Assembly: GCF_030028105.1 (NCBI RefSeq)
Contig: NC_092374.1
Coordinates: 174,926,057-174,990,056 of the forward strand
Length of the DNA: 64,000 bases
Reading direction: 5' to 3'
From: Mobula birostris
Lineage: Eukaryota
Below the pieces are notes generated by a model. It had not been told where the DNA came from. It did no database searches and saw only the letters and a list, made by a program, of their open reading frames with translations. The position numbers and the translations under genes are program-made. Positions 60,401-64,000 of this stretch are shown piece by piece (position 1 is the stretch's first letter; each line of letters begins with the position of its first letter).

Positions 60401-62544
60401 CTGCTCCAGATCCCTAACACGGTCTTCCAGAAGCTGCAGCCGGATGCTCTTCACACAGATGTAGTTCCCAGGGAGACTCTGGGCCTCCCAGGACTCCAGC
60501 ATCCAGCATGAAGAATATATAACAGCCGTTTACTACACCAGGTACAGTAAGAGAAACCAAAAGGGAACTTTAACAAAATCTAACCCGGAGCCAAAATCTC
60601 TTTTGAGCCAAAGCCTCATTTAAACCAAAGCTTGACATTCCTACTCTCACCGCTGGCCTACTCCCGATGATGGTCGCCCGGCTTGTCCCTTCTGTACTTT
60701 TAAACAAGCATCACTGACCTGTGAGAAATCTCGTCGCTGTGGCCTGTTCCTGCTGCTGATTGGGCTACTTGTTTAACTTACCTTTAAAAAATATATTTAC
60801 TGTAATTTAGTGATTATTATTATGTTGCTGTCGCAGAACAACAAATTTCACGACAGTGGTATTAAACCAGACTGATATTTATTGTTTATTTATTTAGTAT
60901 TTTCTCAACCTGTGTTCCTTTGCACATTCGTTGTTAGTCTGTCTTGTTGATGCAGTCTTTCATTGATTCTATTGTGTTTTTTAGATTCACTGTGAATCCC
61001 GGCAAGTAAATGAATCTCGGGGTTGTATTTGATAATACATTTATTTTGAACTTTTTTTGACTAGCACTGTGCAATACAGAAAAACAATGATAAATTACGT
61101 TAAGAAATATTCCTCACTCATCTCACAAGTTGTCCTATTTCTAATTATGGGGTTCCTTCACTCAGCCTGTTTCTGTTCCATATTATCAAAGCTTCTTCAG
61201 TCCAGTATTATTCTCCCTTCAATATTACTCTGATCCCCTGTTTCTGCTTCCGGAACAGTGTGTGTGTGGTGGGATTGACATGTGCCCGAGGGTCAGGTTT
61301 GTCACATTACCTGGCAGTCTTACACCACTCCTCCATGGATCCAACGTTATCCATAGCTTCTCCTGTGGCTGTGACTGAATTGCCTTTCCTCCTGTATTTT
61401 CACACCAGGTGGAATGTATAACTGTTGTGGGTTCTACATCTGTTCCATAATGTTAGCCCCTGTCTCTCTGCTCTCAGGCCTTGTAACCAAGTCTTCCCAC
61501 CTTTTATACACACCAGACTCCTCACACCTTCATGATTTTCTTCGTTTACTTTGGGGCCAGAGTTTCTGATCAAAGTGTACAATATCCCGACTCTGCAGGA
61601 CAGTGACACGGTCTATGACCACTATGTCTGTCCTAATCATTAATGACCAATCCACATTATTCCCATTCACTGACACCTAGTCCATAACCTTCTCTGTCTT
61701 GGTTATTCAAGTGCTTCTCAAGGTATTTCTTAAACATTGTGAGTCTGTCTCTCCACCATCCCCCAAGTAGTGTGTTCCAGGCTCCAAACCCTCACCCTCC
61801 GTGTGAACATTCTTCCTCAGATCCCCTCTAAACCTCTCCACCATTTCCTGAACCCCATCTCTCTAGTTTCAGACAAGTTTGCCATGGGCAGGTTTCAAAT
61901 ATGGACGACCCTGTCTTTGCCTGTAATGATTTTGTACCTCTATCATGTCTCCCCTCAGCATCCTCCATTCCAAGGGAAGGGATCTATCCATTCTCTCCTT
62001 CATAACCACACTGCTCCATCACAAACACCACCATGATGGATCTCTGCACCCCGTCCAGTGCGATCTCATCCTTTTCCCCTCCTTGGGGACCACAGATACT
62101 GATGGTATTTCTGAAAATCCCCATGTTTCAGGGTACTTACTGAGAGGGATGGGCCACCTCATCCTGAATCTGGGTCATTCCATAAGAAAGGAACAGAATT
62201 AGGCCATTCGGCCCATCGTCTGTCTGCTCTGCCACTTCATCATGACTGATCCATTTCCCTTTCAGCCCAATCTCCAATCGAACCTCCTCTGTACCCTCTC
62301 CAATGTCAGCACATCTCTCTCAGATAAGGGCCCAAACTGCTCACAATACTCCAGGTAAGACCAGCCCAGTGCCCTATAAAGCCTCAGCATTACATCCTTC
62401 CTTTTATATTCTAGTCCTCTCAAAATAAATGTTCACATTGCATTTGCCTTCCTCACCACCCACCTAACCTGCAAATTAACCTTTAGGGATCCCCGCACGA
62501 GGACTCTCGAGTCCCCTTGCACCTTAGAGTTTTGTCCTCGAGTG

Positions 62545-62769
62545 TGACACCTCCTCCCAAACGACCATGTGTGTGACCTGTCCTCCCCCTGCCCTCAGCT
62601 GTTGTGTTATCACCCCTTCACCGTCCAGTACGTCAGCCCCCTCTGACCCTGCTGTACTCCTCGATGGGAATCCCATCCGGCAGGTGGGACACACAGGTGG
62701 TCTTCCGCCCCCAGCCGAGTCTCCCACCAGGGCCCTCACCTCCCCACTCTGCACCTCAAAGAATACATT
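62545..62769 (-). pseudogene. Decayed TAP-like (ABCB half-transporter) NBD fragment
   Basis: Acceptor tgtttttgcag| then NVFFEVQSGEVRALVGDS(A)GGG/KTTCVSHL.DGIPIEEY (Walker A exon; frameshift and deletion), then a weaker match ADVLDGEGVITQQLRAGGG to the TAP C-terminal AD..VL.GG...THQQL motif. Confidence 0.7.
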
Positions 62770-62783
62770 CTGCAAAAACAGCA

Positions 62784-62870
62784 TGTTTACAATCGAATTC
62801 CAGTTCTTAATTAAAGCGAGACTTTCGTCTTACTTGGCTCTAAGTAAGAACTGGAATTCAATTGTAAACA
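62784..62870. repeat. Inverted repeat, 26-bp arms (1 mismatch), 35-nt spacer
   Basis: tgtttacaatcgaattccagttctta (62784-62809) versus taagaactggaattcaattgtaaaca (62845-62870). Confidence 0.9.
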
Positions 62871-63504
62871 AAGTGGGACAGCAGAAACCTGATTGGATGA
62901 GGACTAACCAATCAGGAGGGATGGACAACAGGGTTAGAAACAGCACCGGACTAGACATCATCATTGCCCCTGACAAAGGTGGTAGAGTTTGTCATCAAAA
63001 CATCAGTTAAAGTCGATACCTGTATCCAGCTGGAGCCAGAGAATAGTTTATTCATCATATACATCGGGAAAGCACCAGATCCATTTTCCATATTAATCAA
63101 CTCCCAGAAAAATTTCACAGCCCACATCCTGGAAGGGCAATCATCCAGAATCTCTCGTCCCCTGTTATGGGCGTCTGGTGCTGCTGGACCAGAGGGTGTG
63201 AGATGGTGACACCAGGTGTCACATGGGGGGCACTAAGTGGGCAAGATAACAGCAACCCTCCCAGGGCCACAACTCTCTCCACTTCCCCACATTCTGGGGG
63301 TCATTACCAGCAGCCAGGAGTAGGCCCAGTAATCACATAACCAATGAGTGCTGTTCAGCCAATGGGGAGGACTGAGATTTGGCAGTTCCGTTCATCTACC
63401 TTCACTGCTTCCCAGAGAGGGACCTGGCACCTCCAGTTGCACTGACATGTTACCTGATCAACACCCTTGGGTCCAGAAACAGCCATTTGAGTCCCTCTCT
63501 CAAT

Positions 63505-63830
63505 CATCGAGAACCCATTACTGTATAGAATCAAATCCTTTGCAGAGTCATATCCAACAGGTTGCTGTCGGTCTCTGTGTTCTTGAATTAGGACAGCTAT
63601 ATGTGTTTCTCATTGACATACAAAGTGAATTGTCCAGCTGTATCAGGGATATTTAATGAGGTTCAGTACGCAATGTCACTTTTAAAGTTTAAAATGCTTT
63701 CAGCTGTTCTTTGTTAAGAATCACAGGGTCATCTGATAACTTCTTGTCCTTCAGCAGAAAGTTGAGCATTAGTCAATTGATCTGCCACTAGTTTGTCAAT
63801 ACATTGATTAGCAATAGTTTCACCTGGCAT
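63505..63830 (-). mobile_element. Retroviral-type pol remnant (RT thumb/connection), degenerate
   Basis: On the - strand: LLKDKKLSDDPVILNKEQLKAF*TLKVTLRTEP, PDTAGQFTLYVNEK, IAVLIQEHRDRQQPVGYDSAKDL, matching the retroviral AF..LK.AL..AP..PD..F.LYV..VL.Q...PV.Y.S pattern. Confidence 0.6.
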
Positions 63831-64000
63831 TGGGTCAATCTTTTTGTTTCATCACGGTCACTCTCACATGAGTGGCTGGGAGCTGTTGTAGAGACAATGT
63901 TGTGTCATCCTGTACCTCCTCCGAGTTCAGACGGTGTCTCTGTACCCAGAGTCCTGTAATTCTGACCATGTGGTGGCACTGTTCACAGAGACCATTCAAT

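Larger units (their letters stand above)
53990..60740 (-). mobile_element. Antisense CR1 LINE(s), near full length, interrupted by solo LTRs and other inserts
   Basis: On the - strand: ORF1 zinc finger/esterase (59860-60502), APE YLNACSIRNK (59152-59481), [15 protein letters not shown] (56232-56495), LVRPHPEY (55588-55908). Confidence 0.85.

Noticed and set aside
61400-62130. Possible further TAP remnants on the - strand (LIRNSGPKV; DEIALDGVQRSI)
   Set aside because: Matches are only 3-5 residues, and their order conflicts with the C-terminal-like motif already at 62545-62640

Overview
Vertebrate genomic DNA, most likely a cartilaginous fish such as a ray (inferred from the MHC sequence style and repeat families). 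The window holds one complete, open-reading-frame MHC class I heavy-chain gene on the + strand, which the ORF track only shows in pieces. Coding exons: leader 10846-10897, alpha1 41532-41792, alpha2 47712-47984, alpha3 49133-49399, TM 49696-49797, cytoplasmic 50973-51017 and 51309-51355. Together they give 348 aa, followed by a probable 3'UTR exon from 52933. The gene has an S-X-Y promoter module that closely resembles the class II (HLA-DRA-type) one. Its groove keeps the N-terminal (A-pocket) tyrosines but changes the C-terminal anchors (R/Y84->Q, T143->I), which suggests a nonclassical or specialised class I. Intron 1 is 30.6 kb. Most of it is one old antisense CR1-type LINE inflated to about 22 kb by nested insertions: an LTR fragment, a CR1, a Gypsy carrying a Penelope, and a Tc1 carrying a CR1. 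Penelope pseudo-LTRs contribute minimal hammerhead ribozyme motifs, one with an intact core on the pre-mRNA strand. About 11 kb past the stop codon is a decayed TAP-like (ABCB) nucleotide-binding-domain fragment on the - strand, followed by a retroviral pol remnant. Repeat boundaries are approximate unless a TSD is quoted. All family assignments are from motif recognition, not database searches.
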